The position numbers and the translations under genes were made by a program. From Rhizophagus irregularis (taxonomy: Eukaryota), in contig NC_089429.1 of the NCBI RefSeq assembly GCF_026210795.1, forward strand, positions 7,874,001 to 7,938,000: a stretch of 64,000 nt of DNA. Reading direction: 5' to 3'. The notes below the pieces were generated by a model. That model saw nothing but the letters and a program-made list of their open reading frames with translations. It was not told the DNA's origin and ran no database searches. Of this stretch, positions 38,383 to 51,500 are shown one piece after another. Position 1 is the first letter of the stretch. Every line of letters begins with the position of its first letter.

Positions 38383-41144
38383 AATATTTTTAGTGGGCAA
38401 AACATTCATTAATTTATTGTAACGAAATACACCCTTTTGTACATACTACTTTGTGTACTCCTGTATACTTAATATTTTTAATTATTACTCTGAGAACGAA
38501 AATTTTATTTTATTTTTCGTTTTATTTTTTGTACTATTACGTAATAATTTAATAAATTACAATATAATTAATAAATAACACTAATATATTAAATTATCAA
38601 ATTATAAATATAAACCGAGAAATTGTTCGATATTCTTCCATTTTAAATTTTGTGAACTTGCTACATACAGTGTGTTAAGAAAAACATAATATCTATAATT
38701 ACAATTGTGATTTAAATTGAGTTAAAGGAACTCATTTCATATAAATATCTGCCACAAGAACTTTTTACAAAAACAAGTTTGAATCTTTTTCAATTTTTTC
38801 AACTTTTGAATACAAGTCTATTACAGTAAATATAAATTATCTGATTGTCTAATTTATTTATTATAACGAAAAAATAAAATCACAAAACAATTTAAATCAT
38901 TTGTTTTATTAATAAAGAGTTGAAATTAATCACTCGAGTAAAATCTAGCCATAAATCTTCATAATCTCATATACAGGACTTTCTTTAGTTATATTGTTGT
39001 ACAAATATTAAACAAGAGTTAACTAAAATAATATTACTTTTTTAAATAAGAAAAATGTATTTGATTTCTTCATTTTCATCCGTGATTTTAACTTTATATA
39101 GACAACTTTGGGAGTTCTAGGACAAAATTCCGAATAGGGTATAAAAATAATGGGAGGCTCCCGGCCTCTTTCCCGATATACGAAATTTATGGAATCTATA
39201 TTGAGAACCAAAATAAGTTGTGAAGTCCAGGAACTATATCATGAATCCTATATAGAATTCAAGCTTAAAATCGAGCTAGGCTAAATTCTCTGCTATCAAA
39301 AATTTCTGGTATTAAAATTCCAACTTTTTACATCAAATACTTACAAAATTTTAGCTGATATTTTAATAATTACGGAATCTTACACAGATTATGTGTCATC
39401 AACTGAAATTTGAAAACGATCATCAATAACGATAACATCGGATTTTATCGAGAGTGAAAATTCTGCACCACATTATGCGTTCATTCAACCAATTATATGA
39501 ATGAATGTAATTTAGCAGGTGAAGATTTACTGACTAAGTCAAATTTAGTTTAATTTTAAAAAAAAATATCATATAAAAAGCGAATAATAAAAATCGGTTG
39601 ATAGTACAACCGCTCCCTTTTTCGACAGATTTTTCAGTGACTTCAACAGTAGGTGGTTTAGCGACATATGTAATTGGATTATTGGATTCCTTAAATTATT
39701 TGATTTTGTTTGATAATTTCTTGAAGTTTCACTCTCATAGTTTTTCGAGCGTTTTTTTGCTGAAAAAAATTCATTACAAGCTGGTTATTTTATACTTTAT
39801 TCAAGTTCATAATTCACTACGCATGCATGCATTATTCTGTTTGAACCATGTTGAATAATATTAAACGTAAAATATGATTCTTATTTTAAATAATTCAATA
39901 AGAAAGATCGAAATTTTCGATCCATCCTTTCTTGTGCTACTAAAACGCAGATCTATAATGTGGATATTGTTCAAGCGATAAATCCAATAGAAGATTTGAA
40001 AATTTTTCGGTTAATTATGATAGAGTCTATAGAGGTCTATAGAATCAGCAATCAGCAAAAAGAATTAGTCACGTGAGGTAAATCATTTTAAAAGTAAATT
40101 TTGGGAATGCCTCATGAAGTAATGAAGTAATAACCTTTTAGAGATATCCCGTTAAATAGATTATCAATCGGGTCCTAAAAAAGAAAAAGGTTAAAGAAAA
40201 CCATCAAACTGCGACGTATGAATATACTATGATGGAAAAAAATTTATAATACATTTAACAAATATGGTGTCTATCAGTGCACCATAAACTCTAAATAAGG
40301 TTAAGGTTATGTTTTGCGAGACACTTTAATAGTATGTTGTGCAACTAACTGATTAACAAATTCAAGGGGTGCTCACTGTGAGTTAGAACTTAGAGTTTGA
40401 ACTTCGTTTTTTTAGACAATTGTTTTTATTAAAAATTTGAAGTTTGAAGGAACTACAAGCGCTAATTTCAATTTTAAAGAGGAGTCCCCAGAAAATAACG
40501 ACGTAACAAATACAACAACAACGTAATTATTCATCGACCTAAAGTTTGAGCGCAGGTATGTCGTTTGTTCAAACTTTTTTTTTGTTCTTTAACTAAGACA
40601 ACCATTTATTTCTTTAGAAAGTATTGTGTGAGACATTAACCTATTTTAGATCATATTGTACGGAGCGTAACCATAAAGATAACGTAAAGAGAAGTCAGAG
40701 GTAAATTTTTTAAATTTTTATGATTTGTTAATTAAAATATAAATATAAAATACTGAATTATAATTTTTTTTTTACTTCAAATCACCGTTGGCCAGGATTA
40801 TCAATTTTTACCGGCACTATATTTTTTTAATGCTGGTCGATCGTCATAATTTCAGTCACCGGTGATCATCCCCGGTTAGAAAAATTCTAGTTAATATTGT
40901 ATCAGAATGTTGATTTTCATGAAAATATTTTATGATTATACGTTTATAATCTTTTTAAACAATGGAACCCAAGAATCAAGATCTGAAGGGGGAGAAGAAC
41001 GGAATCACAAATGTAGAAAACTGGAAATTTTATTATTTTGATCATTGAAATTCAATATTTGTTTTTCGGCGGTAATAAAAGTTTATTAACTCGTTAAGTC
41101 AACAGTTACCGTTTCCACCTTGGTAGTTAGTAGGAACACACTGC

Positions 41145-41238
41145 AGAGTAACGAAACCAGGCGGATACATTGAAGTATCTGATAGACGGAATGGTTATGA
41201 TGGTGAAGGTCCGATTTTTCGTAAAGTATCAGAAGCAT
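41145..41238 (+). pseudogene. Orphan exon of a class I SAM-dependent methyltransferase
   Basis: RVTKPGGYIEVSDRRNGYDGEGPIFRKVSEA followed by a GTAGGT donor; RVxKPGGYIE is the classic post-II motif. No upstream exons recognised. Confidence 0.7.
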
Positions 41239-41906
41239 GTAGGTATATTCTGATATCATATTTTATTGTAATTATAAGATACCAAATTTTCACTTTCCAC
41301 AAATGAACATAATTAATTGCAGTTTGCGTGTCAACAGACAAGATGATTCAGATTTTAATTATCGTATCAGTTCACATTTAAGTTCAAACAAATTTCCGAA
41401 ACTTACAGAACGTGCAAATATAATATTCTATCTATATCTATAAATCATGGACGCGTTTGAAGGTATATATTAAATTATAATATGGACATTTTTTTTCAAT
41501 CGTATTTTTTACGATTAATGGAAGATAATTTAAAAAAAAATTTGTTCAGATATGGAATTGTACTAGAAAGAGTTGGGTGATCGCGATCGCGCAACAGGAT
41601 CTTGCTTTTAACAAAAGCAAGTTAATGTGAAAGAATTTTATTTTATAATTTATTTCACTGTAAGTAGGTACAGTAGTTGTCATCAGCGGTATTTGAAATT
41701 TTCATCTAAGATTAAGAAGCCATCATCAAATTATCGCTGTCTTCAAGCTTCCCGAGATTTAATTTTAAGCTAATTCACCGAGTTACTGGATGAATATTAG
41801 TTCTGATTTTTTATTTTAATTTTAAGTATAGATCACAAGATCAACCTCAGCAATGCAAAATTACAGACGTATTGAAACTTTCTTGGTAAAAGAGATTACC
41901 GGTACT

Positions 41907-42268
41907 TTATTATGTAATATAGTGACAAATATATGTGCCATGTGCGTTTTTTTAAATTTTTTTTATTTAATTAATTATTTTTTTTTATTTATTTTATAGG
42001 TGGTTCTTTATTTTTTAAGAATGAATCCGTTGCGTTATTATGTAATATAGCGACCAAAATATGTGTGCGTTTTGTTAAATTTTTTTATTTATTTAATTAA
42101 TTTTTATTTATTTATTTTATAGGTGGTTCTTTATTATTTAAAAATGAGTCCGTTGCGTTATTATGTAATATAGTGACCAAAATATGTGTGCGTTTTGTTA
42201 AATTTTTTTTATTTATTTAATTGATTTTTTTTATTTATTTTATAGGTGGTTCTTTATTATTTTAAGAA
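41907..42268 (+). repeat. Tandem repeat, ~122-129 bp x3
   Basis: TTATTATGTAATATAG(T/C)GAC...TTTTATAGGTGGTTCTTTATT starts at ~41907, 42036 and 42158. Confidence 0.9.
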
Positions 42269-42379
42269 CCAAATCAATGGTCATCGGCGTAGAATTTAAT
42301 TGACATGAAGCAAATGAAAAAGCTCTAATTAGACAAATAATTGACTAAGACATGATAATATATAATCAAAGATATAAAT

Positions 42380-42560
42380 ACTGGGCGGCACCGAAATGTT
42401 TCATGCATCTACGTGAGCCAGCGGTTCTTTGGAATCCCTAAGATTATCTGAGAGAACGTCAACTATATTTCTCTGCACAGAGGTCATGGTAGCTTGAGTG
42501 ACATTAAGCGGGTTATCCGCCAGTACACTGAGGAAAGAGAATCCCTCGCTCGCTCCTAGT
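42380..42560 (+). pseudogene. Fragment of an A32-like (FtsK-HerA) viral DNA-packaging ATPase
   Basis: TGRHRNVSCIYVSQRFFGIPKII*ENVNYISLHRGHGSLSDIKRVIRQYTEE matches the A32 signature GRHxNxSxIxxSQxxxxIPxxIRxN. The stop TGA (42449-42451) sits at the conserved Arg. Confidence 0.8.
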
Positions 42561-43789
42561 TTACTATCAAAGAATTCAAGAAAATCAAGATAGATGACTT
42601 GCTGCAAAAGACGGATATCACTAATGAAACCTAAAGATATTCTAAAAGAAGCCCCTAACCGATTATAGAACTCGAGAAGAAATGCAATTATTAGTTCAGT
42701 AATCTTTTGCAAGAATGGACGTATTATTCTCTTGTAATGGATATTTGAGAAGATAAGATTTTATAGGGTATCAATGATGAGGATCAAACGAGGTATTTAC
42801 ACAATTTTTTCTTAAAGATTTGTATATATTGATATTATTTTTACGACAATGTTGTATTTTAGCCTGATTATATTTCGAGTCAGAATTTTGCTTATAAAAA
42901 ATTTGCACAAATTTTTTAAATTATCTATATTATTAGGGATCTAGTACTTTGAAATGCTGAATTAGAAAGTGGGAGTGGGACCTTCCCCCCTTTTCTAAAC
43001 CAACATTGGATATGAATGACGGATCCAAATTTATAATTCGATAATTTTGCTCTTGAACTACCAAAAAATCAGCAGAATATGGATAAGTTGAGGAGACGAG
43101 ATAAGTATACGAATAGATGCTTTTGGTGGCCTCATGAGATACGTCGATAGGAGTTGTTGCAACGCGAATCTCCAATTTGTCAAGAAGTTTACGCAACGCT
43201 TCTTTATATTACCAGGTTTGATAATATATATTTTAAGTTATTAATCCTTTGAGTTCGTATTTTATAATGATCGTGGTTTTCAATTAACTTTATATGTTTA
43301 TCCTTTGACTTTTCTTATAAACATGAAGTACGAGTTTATCGAAGTATATTCAGCATTCCTTACTTGCTCTTCTGTTACAGATATGTATGTTTCAAAATTT
43401 TATTTATATTTTTAAAAATAAGACATCATTCAAGATAATAATAACGAAAGTTCCAGATAAGGTTTACTAACTCGTCGCAACTTACTCTTGATCAAGAAAT
43501 TCATTTTAGCAAAATAAAAAGAATCAAAATGAAAAAAAATTAGAAGTCGGGAGGCTATGAAAAATTAAAAGATTTAACTCTTAGGGATAAATCTGATTTC
43601 GCTTATTTGGATATTCGGTATTTATTCATTCATTTCTAATTATTATTTTTTTCTACATTCCACTTAATATTGGTACCTTTATATTGTTATATTTAGGAGA
43701 AATATTGAGCCTATATTGTGCATTTTATTACTAAATTTTGTAGGAAGAAGGACCTACGCAGCGAATTACCATCCGTAAAATTTGTCAAA

Positions 43790-43914
43790 GAATCCGTTAT
43801 ATCGAGGGTAAATTAATTATAGAATATGATAATCCGTTCCAGACCCAATTCTGGTACATCAAGACTTTACTTATGTTCCGTTATATCAAGGTTCCGGTAT
43901 ATCGAATTTTACTG
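43790..43914. mobile_element. One-ended pogo/Tigger-like MITE remnant
   Basis: Repeated CCG(T/G)TATATC(G/A)A motifs ending ...ATATCGAATTTTACTG (rc CAGTAAAATTCGATAT). Confidence 0.5.
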
Positions 43915-46900
43915 TGTATATGATTCTTTCGTACCTAAGGTGATTTGATTATTTAGATAAATCGTTCTCTATTTATAAATATTTAATTAACAAATTTTTA
44001 CATTGTAACTTAATATACTATAGTGATCCAGTCATTCTTGATGTACATGAATTTTTGGTAATATGGAGTCATCCCGCGCTGTATAATGGCAGAACCTTTG
44101 TTACATGACGCTAATGATACGGATTTAGGTTAATATTCTGTCTTTTTACAATAATTTATCAGTAATATCAGTATTAATTTATTATAATTATCATCATGTG
44201 CGCGAATTAATGAACCCTTTTCACATGTAGGAGTTCCCGCCATCATTTAGAAAAGCGGTAAAACCATAGCCAATACTATTATTTGGGTTCCGCCTTCATA
44301 TAATTTATTCTTTATTTAAAAATTATTTAATAATATAGGGAGTAAGTTATTTATTTAATTCTATTATTACTTATTTATATAATATTTACATATAATTTAA
44401 GGAAACTATTGGAATATGCTAAAGAAAAGAAATTACAGTAAGGGAAGTGACATTTATTACGTAATATCCATTTATTATAAGCCCATACCCACCCCCATGT
44501 AGTATGTAAAAATCTTACGTTACACTTTTATGTTATATGACCTTCAAATACCCCCACCCCTTAAAGAGTGAGTTATCAACATGTAATATGGGATATGAAG
44601 AAATTTTTAGAAAAGGATTTATTGAAAAATTCCAAGTTGTGAAAAATGAATTAGGAAGTACTGTAAGAAAAGAGTTAGATTAGTGGTTACTGGTTAGCAT
44701 ACGATTGAGAATTGATATAATCTTTGGTGGGCGTTTGAAGGTAGTAATATTGTGTTTTTATCTTAAATATATTCCAGTATTTTAGTATTTATTATTAAAC
44801 TATTATATATTGTAAAAAAGTGGGAGGAAAGAGGAAAAATATTAATAAAAGTTCTGAAATATATATATTAAATTATTTTTATTTCTTTATTATTTTACTT
44901 TTTTTTTTCAAGTAAAAGGTGGAATGATTAGAGATGATAAAAATTTCAATAATAAAGATTTTAATACATCATAACAATTAAAAATTTTTTAATATTTGTA
45001 TGTTAAATTTCATCTATTCTTACTTTAATTAAAAGTGAAAATAGGCAGAACCAATAAATGTTTTATTGTATCTCCATTGAAGATGAATTAGAAGAATGTT
45101 GTTGACGCAAAGATTAATTTTTTACTTTTAATTGTCCTCTCCGCTATTCCGGTGCGTAATAATTTAACGGGTATTATAACAAACACGTGATGATATATGC
45201 ATCAAAAACGACATTTTTTATTTTTTATTTTTATTTTTTTGCAGAATATAAAAGTATAAAGGTTAGGTTTTGGACGTGAATGAACCAGTAATTGACTACG
45301 TGAATATACGATAAATACAGTTTTATTAAATTAAAAAAAATAAGAAAAATTAAATAATTTTTATATCGGGTTATTGCAAAGATCCGATTCTTGGAATTAT
45401 TTTTTTCTCTGTTCTTTTGTTCTTTTATCTGCAGACTCTTTCAACTATTTCTATTTCATTCTTGTAGTTGTGATATACCGACTATATTACAGTAAATAAT
45501 TATAGATAGCTGGTTGTTAATTTGAAATAATTATACCGAGCAAATCACCTAAAAAAAAAAAGATCATTGAAATTACCCTAATTGTCCTCAATTCCGTAAG
45601 CATATTGTTCTACATTTCGACCTCACCTAAAAATTAAAATACTTCGCAATTTTACCAAATTTAAATATACCAGGTACTTGACCAGAATTAACTCGGTATA
45701 TTATAACGGGAATGCGCGTTTCTCAATTTTTTTTTAAATAGCCCTAGCGAACTGTTATCAGAAGGTTTATCCAAATCATATTCATTTTTTAGAGTAATTT
45801 TTTTTCATTTTGGCCAACGAACGCTTGGTAAAATGAATAGAATTATTATTATTGTAGAAAGCAATGATCAAGGAGGAATAGAAGATAAATAAATTTAGAT
45901 AATTTTAATAAAAAAAAAAATAGGATAATTTTTTGAAATCTTTTTAAAAAAACATTCCTATTTCTAATTTAAAGAAGTAAAGTTTAATATTTTTTCGTAA
46001 AATATAATTTAAAATATAACATATACACATATTTCTTTCAATCGGTTATAATTGAAAATTAGTAATAATAATTTAAAATTACGAATAAATTCTTATATAT
46101 ATATAATATAAAAGAATAGTAAAATAAAATGGTTCATGTAAAGAATTTCGATTTACAGTTTTTTTTTTTCAGATTTCGATCTGAGCATCAAATGAACCAG
46201 TTGATCACCTGATACCAATTAACATTTGAATTTATGCGCTTTTCAGAATTCTGTACCCATCATGCTAAACAAATTATTATTATTACATACGGAAAGTTAT
46301 TGTTATGACTTACTTTTCTTTGTAATAAATTCATTTCGGAATTGTGACCAATCACATATTCCGGACGAATTATAGAAGAGTGACATAATTCTGAAAGGCG
46401 CGATAACAGTACGTAGAGTTCCTCAACAGAACGAAAAAAAAATATCGCTAGTCAGGTTTAACCGCTCAAGCATATAAGGCATCTGACATCACACTTTGAA
46501 AACGCATAATACTCGAACTTATGCCGACGTTGAACGCACGCAAAGACGCTTGTCGTTGTACGCATTACGCATTCTATAGGGCCGGGAATTAGGATAATGT
46601 CAGTCAATATCTAAAAAGGTAACAAAAATTTGGCCTGAATTATCCATAAAAGACAAGGCTTTTTATGTAACGATCATTTAAATCATTTAAACGCTTGAGT
46701 CATGATGGTCGAGATTTAACTATTGTCATTTTTCTATAGTTTACATATTTTAATTCAAAAAAAAAAACTGAACGCATTCGACGATACCAATAAAAATATG
46801 TTACGGTATGCTCAAAATATCAGCCCTTTCAATCCTAGCATAAACTGATTTATCTCGCTATAAACACGCCAGCAGACGTAGCAAGAAGGTTCAAATTGGA

Positions 46901-47142
46901 TGTCCGCAAAAAATCCGATGAATTTGAACGTGAAAATATTAAATTTACAGCTTATTTTACGTGAAATTTTAAGTTACAGTTTAATTTACGTGAAATTTGA
47001 AGTAAATATAAATCAAAAATAAAATATGTTTGTTATACAGTTAAAAAAGAAGTTTCTTACAGTACTTAATAAAAATTTATTTGCTCTGCTATAAAATAAA
47101 CCCATACTTTATCCAATAATACCTAAAAATACATAAAATTAG

Positions 47143-48585
47143 CTAGTACTCACTAGTACCAGTTATAATAAGATTTGAATATGCTATTACACCCTCATCG
47201 TAATATTTCTTAACAACTTTTGCATGTTCTGTTGTAATATACACAATTTCATCATGAATATCAAAATGAAGTAATCTTCTTTTTTTATAACTTTCAAAAA
47301 GATTTTCAAAAGAACCAACAGAATATTTCCATTTCCCACTAATTGATATATTAGATAAAGATTTTGGAGAAAATTTAGCTAAAATATTTAATAAACCATC
47401 ACCAATATTTTTAATTTCATTCAAACTATTAAAACGTAAACTTTTTAGATTTCTACAATTCTTTAATAATGATTTTATATGAATTAAATCTTTAGGACCA
47501 AGGTATGTAGTTAAAAATTCAATCTTTGGACAATTATTAGAAATTGAATTAATAAACATTCCCGTATTTTCAGCAGATTTATTAGAAGTATAAACAAAGA
47601 TATCCGTAATATTTCCATTGGTATTTTCAATTAACATTGATAATTCCTTAAAACATAATAAATCATCACTAATATCAAGAATCTGAAGATCCGGAAATTT
47701 TGAATTTGCCAAATATTTTTGAAATTTTAAAATCCTCCCATAACTTTCAAAATCATAATAAATTATCAAATCTTTTAAATTATTAAGTGACATTAAAAAT
47801 GATAGGGGAATAATATCAACAGAACCATATAAAGAAAGATTATTAATTGTACAACCTTTCCTTGCTAATGCCTTGCTTAGTTCCTCACAAGTCCCTTCCT
47901 TAGTCTGAAAATCAAATGATACACTTTTTAAGTTTCTTTGTGCATCAATTAAAGAAATTAATCCGGGAATATCTTGAGAACAACCTTTAATAGTTAACTC
48001 ATTCAAATCTTTACAAATTTGAGACATTTCATAAAGACTATTTGAATTTACATAAAATAGATCAATATTTAGGTTATATAATTGAGAGAAACCTGTTGAA
48101 GCACCGGGAAATGATACTATAGGTTGAGAAGATTGCCATTCCAATTCTTTAATGCCTTCGCATTGACTAACAAACAATTTATAAATTTCTTGTTCTAAAA
48201 GATCTCTTTCTTTTGAATAATCAACATTAGTTAAAATTTCTTTTCTAAAAATCATATTAATAATATTATTTATAATTTCAATTTTTAGAAATTTACAAAG
48301 ACTGACATAATTAAACGACGATTTTGAAAGAATAGTTTGAGACAATCTAATATTATTATCAATCAAAAGTTGTTTTGAAGAGGTTGATAAACAAGAAAGT
48401 ATTATATTAAAGAATTTTTCTGTTGAATTTATACATATAGTATAATTTGGATAATTTCCCCATAAGATAGGGATTACCAAATGACACCACTCTTTATTAA
48501 CTAAAAGGCATGAATATAATGAATTATTATCTGAACTTAATTCATTAAAAATAAGAATAAGACAATCAATATTTAAAATTTCCAT
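47143..48585 (-). CDS. F-box domain / RNI-like leucine-rich repeat protein (480 aa)
   Basis: Intact single-exon ORF. N-terminal LNIDCLILIFNEL..SLYSCLLVNKEWCHLVIPILW F-box motif followed by LRR-like repeats (ICKDLNELTI, NNCPKIEFL, NCRNLKSL). Confidence 0.93.
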   Translation of the reverse strand: MEILNIDCLILIFNELSSDNNSLYSCLLVNKEWCHLVIPILWGNYPNYTICINSTEKFFNIILSCLSTSSKQLLIDNNIRLSQTILSKSSFNYVSLCKFLKIEIINNIINMIFRKEILTNVDYSKERDLLEQEIYKLFVSQCEGIKELEWQSSQPIVSFPGASTGFSQLYNLNIDLFYVNSNSLYEMSQICKDLNELTIKGCSQDIPGLISLIDAQRNLKSVSFDFQTKEGTCEELSKALARKGCTINNLSLYGSVDIIPLSFLMSLNNLKDLIIYYDFESYGRILKFQKYLANSKFPDLQILDISDDLLCFKELSMLIENTNGNITDIFVYTSNKSAENTGMFINSISNNCPKIEFLTTYLGPKDLIHIKSLLKNCRNLKSLRFNSLNEIKNIGDGLLNILAKFSPKSLSNISISGKWKYSVGSFENLFESYKKRRLLHFDIHDEIVYITTEHAKVVKKYYDEGVIAYSNLIITGTSEY

Positions 48586-51500
48586 TTTTACTTTTTTATT
48601 TTTTTTTATTAAAGTTTATCGTTATTCAAAAAAAAGGGTTTTTTTAAAAAAACAAAAAATTTCATTTTTTAAAATGAATGGCGTATGTATTATTTGTGTA
48701 CGGTAACCAAACCCATTGTGATTAATAGACAAAAAAATTGATCTAATATAAAAGTGTCAATGATCTTTTGTGTAATAATCACAAATTTATTTTGTGTTAC
48801 GAAAAATATTAACTATATAAAAGTAGTTGACGTGATTTTCATAAAATTAGATTTATTATTATATATTTTTATTTTTTTTTTGTTATGTACTGTAAATTAA
48901 ATAGTAAATAGTAATTTTCATTATATTATTTTTAGTTTTTAGTTAAAAAAAAATATAAATGCATGTTATGATAAAAAAAAATTTATTATGAAACCAAAAA
49001 AAAAAAAAATTTTTAAATAAAAAAAAAATATATCATAATAAACTTTAATTATAGAAATTATAGAAAAATTACTAAAATAAATTTCATATTAATTTATTAT
49101 TGGTAAATATCTACCGGGTTCCAAATAAGCGATCGACATGGTGTTATGCCCAATTTTTATATTTTACCGTTTCAAATAATAAGCGATCGTCATGTTGGTA
49201 TGCCCAATTTTTCTTAATTCCTGATTTTTTTTAAAAAAAATCAAGAATTAGCCCTGTTCAATTCTGGGTCAGTTGCATTTATGATCATATGCCATTTTTT
49301 TACATATTCGATTAATCGAACAATTTGTATGGTTTTTTTTTTCTGGTGAAAAAAAAAATTATTTATAGTTCGATTTTTAACTTTAGCAAAATTTATAATT
49401 GTCAACTGTAAAATATTACACGTGATTTACACAAAAAAAAATTTAATAAAAGTGGATATTCGATTTATTGATATAAAAGTAAAAAAAAACCTCATCTATG
49501 TAAAAAAATAGTAGAAAAATTCGATTATATGACGATAAAAGATAAAATTCGAAGAAACTAATAAAATAGTTTGAAAGATGTAACGAAAATAATAATTTTT
49601 TGAGTTTTCATTTCATGTAATAATTATGATTGAGAGAAAAATTTCAATAAAAAAAAAAAGGAACTATTCTATATAAAATACTATTACCGCGAACGATATT
49701 AAAAATATAATCAAAAACGACAATAGTCAATAAGTAATAAAAAAAAAATCCGTGTTTATAAGCAAAAATCATATAATTATTTTTTTTTTTGAAAAAAAAG
49801 GTTGCCGCTTAAAATCTTATAATATTAATTGGAGGTGGCCGATATTTTGCCACCGCCTCACGAAGAAAATTGAGAACAGAACATCATTGTTACGATTGAA
49901 TTTACAAAAATGTCTGTAACCCAATTACTTTGATTATTCCATAGATAAAAAATTACGAAAAAACGAGATAATCATGAACGAAACGCGAGTTAAGATTTAA
50001 CGATTAAAGAAAATCGTTAAATTTTGTTTATTTTAAATTTGAGCGATTATTCGATTTTTAATTTTAAAATTTCATGGTTAATTTTTTTAAAATTTGAGGC
50101 ATCATTTTATAACAATTCTTACGAGTACGAAATATAATTATTATTTAATGTAAGGTAATAATGTAATGCATATCACATCATAATACTTATACTAAAAGAT
50201 TTCATTTTGGGGTAAATCTAAAAATTTTAATTGATATCTGCACGCCAAGTATCCAAATTTGAATTATCAAACTAGCGATTTTTTTATTTTATCATGCAAA
50301 TCGGTTCAACAAGGAAAAGTGTTATAGCATGATCAATTTTTATTTGATTTCGGAAAAATTTAAAATATAAAATAATTAATGACGATTATCTAAAAATCTT
50401 TCTTTTAATCCAAAAACCAATTTATGAATTTTTAGAAGTTTACGCGATAGTAAATTTTAATATAAATTTAATTTTCCCATTCAGAGTTTAAATTAGATAT
50501 ATTTGAGACTAATTTGGTATTATAATTTTTTTATCTTTCTGATTGATAAAAAAAAGTTCTTAACCATAATTAATCGACAGATGATTTTAATAATTATGAA
50601 TTTTAGTTGTTGTTTCGTGATAAAAGGTGAAAATTTTTTTTTAATTTGACTAGTTTGATATTAGTTTCAAATATTATGCATAATCGAATAAATGAATATA
50701 TAAATTTGGTACTTGACCGTCCGATGGGAAAAAATCTTATCTGAAATTTTTGATAGGCATAGAAAAAACATTTTTTTAAATTAAAAAATTCAGGGTATTC
50801 GGCACTATTTTATTCCATTTTTTTCCAATTTAATTTGATTCTTTCAACAAAAAATTAATCATTATTTATTTTATAAAATTAAGAATGAAGGATATAATGC
50901 ATCTCTTAAGTTAGTAAACGATAAATAATTTATGAATTTTGTGAAATTTTATGTTTTCTGTAGTTTTCATATAAAAATCATAATATTTCACATTCGAGTC
51001 CAAATGAAAACACGAGCGTTAATATGGTATTAAATTTAAATCGAGGATCGTGAAAATTTTGTGAATTTTTGATCGAAAAACAAGTTCGATGATTTTGTCC
51101 AACATTTTTTTGTGACCGATTAATTTGATTGGATTCATTACAACAGGCAATTTCTCGTACCTTTCGAATTTTGGATTTTGGTACTTTAGCAATAACAAAT
51201 TCGGATGAAAAAAAAAAATTGGTAACAAATCATCGAGACAATAAATTAACACACATTTACCGAAAATAGTCGTGCCGCAATTCTCATCCAAAAATTATAA
51301 AAAAAAAAAGTCGTTATCCCGAGCTAATAATATAAATTATATATAAGTATGTCAAAAAGTAATTATTTAGGTTAGATGCGAAAAAAAAAAGTTCAAATTT
51401 ACAAGTAAATTCAACCATATTTATTTTTAACGTTTATTGTATGATAAAAATCATCCACGGTAAGATTTGCCAATACTCCCAATTTAAAATTGTATTCATG

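Noticed and set aside
42401..42712. 103-aa minus-strand ORF
   Set aside because: Antisense shadow of the + strand A32-like relic; no ATG-supported gene features.
44030..44950. Degenerate multi-exon coding-like remnant with a possible Harbinger-type end at ~44440
   Set aside because: Too eroded to assign a family or find a matching second TIR.
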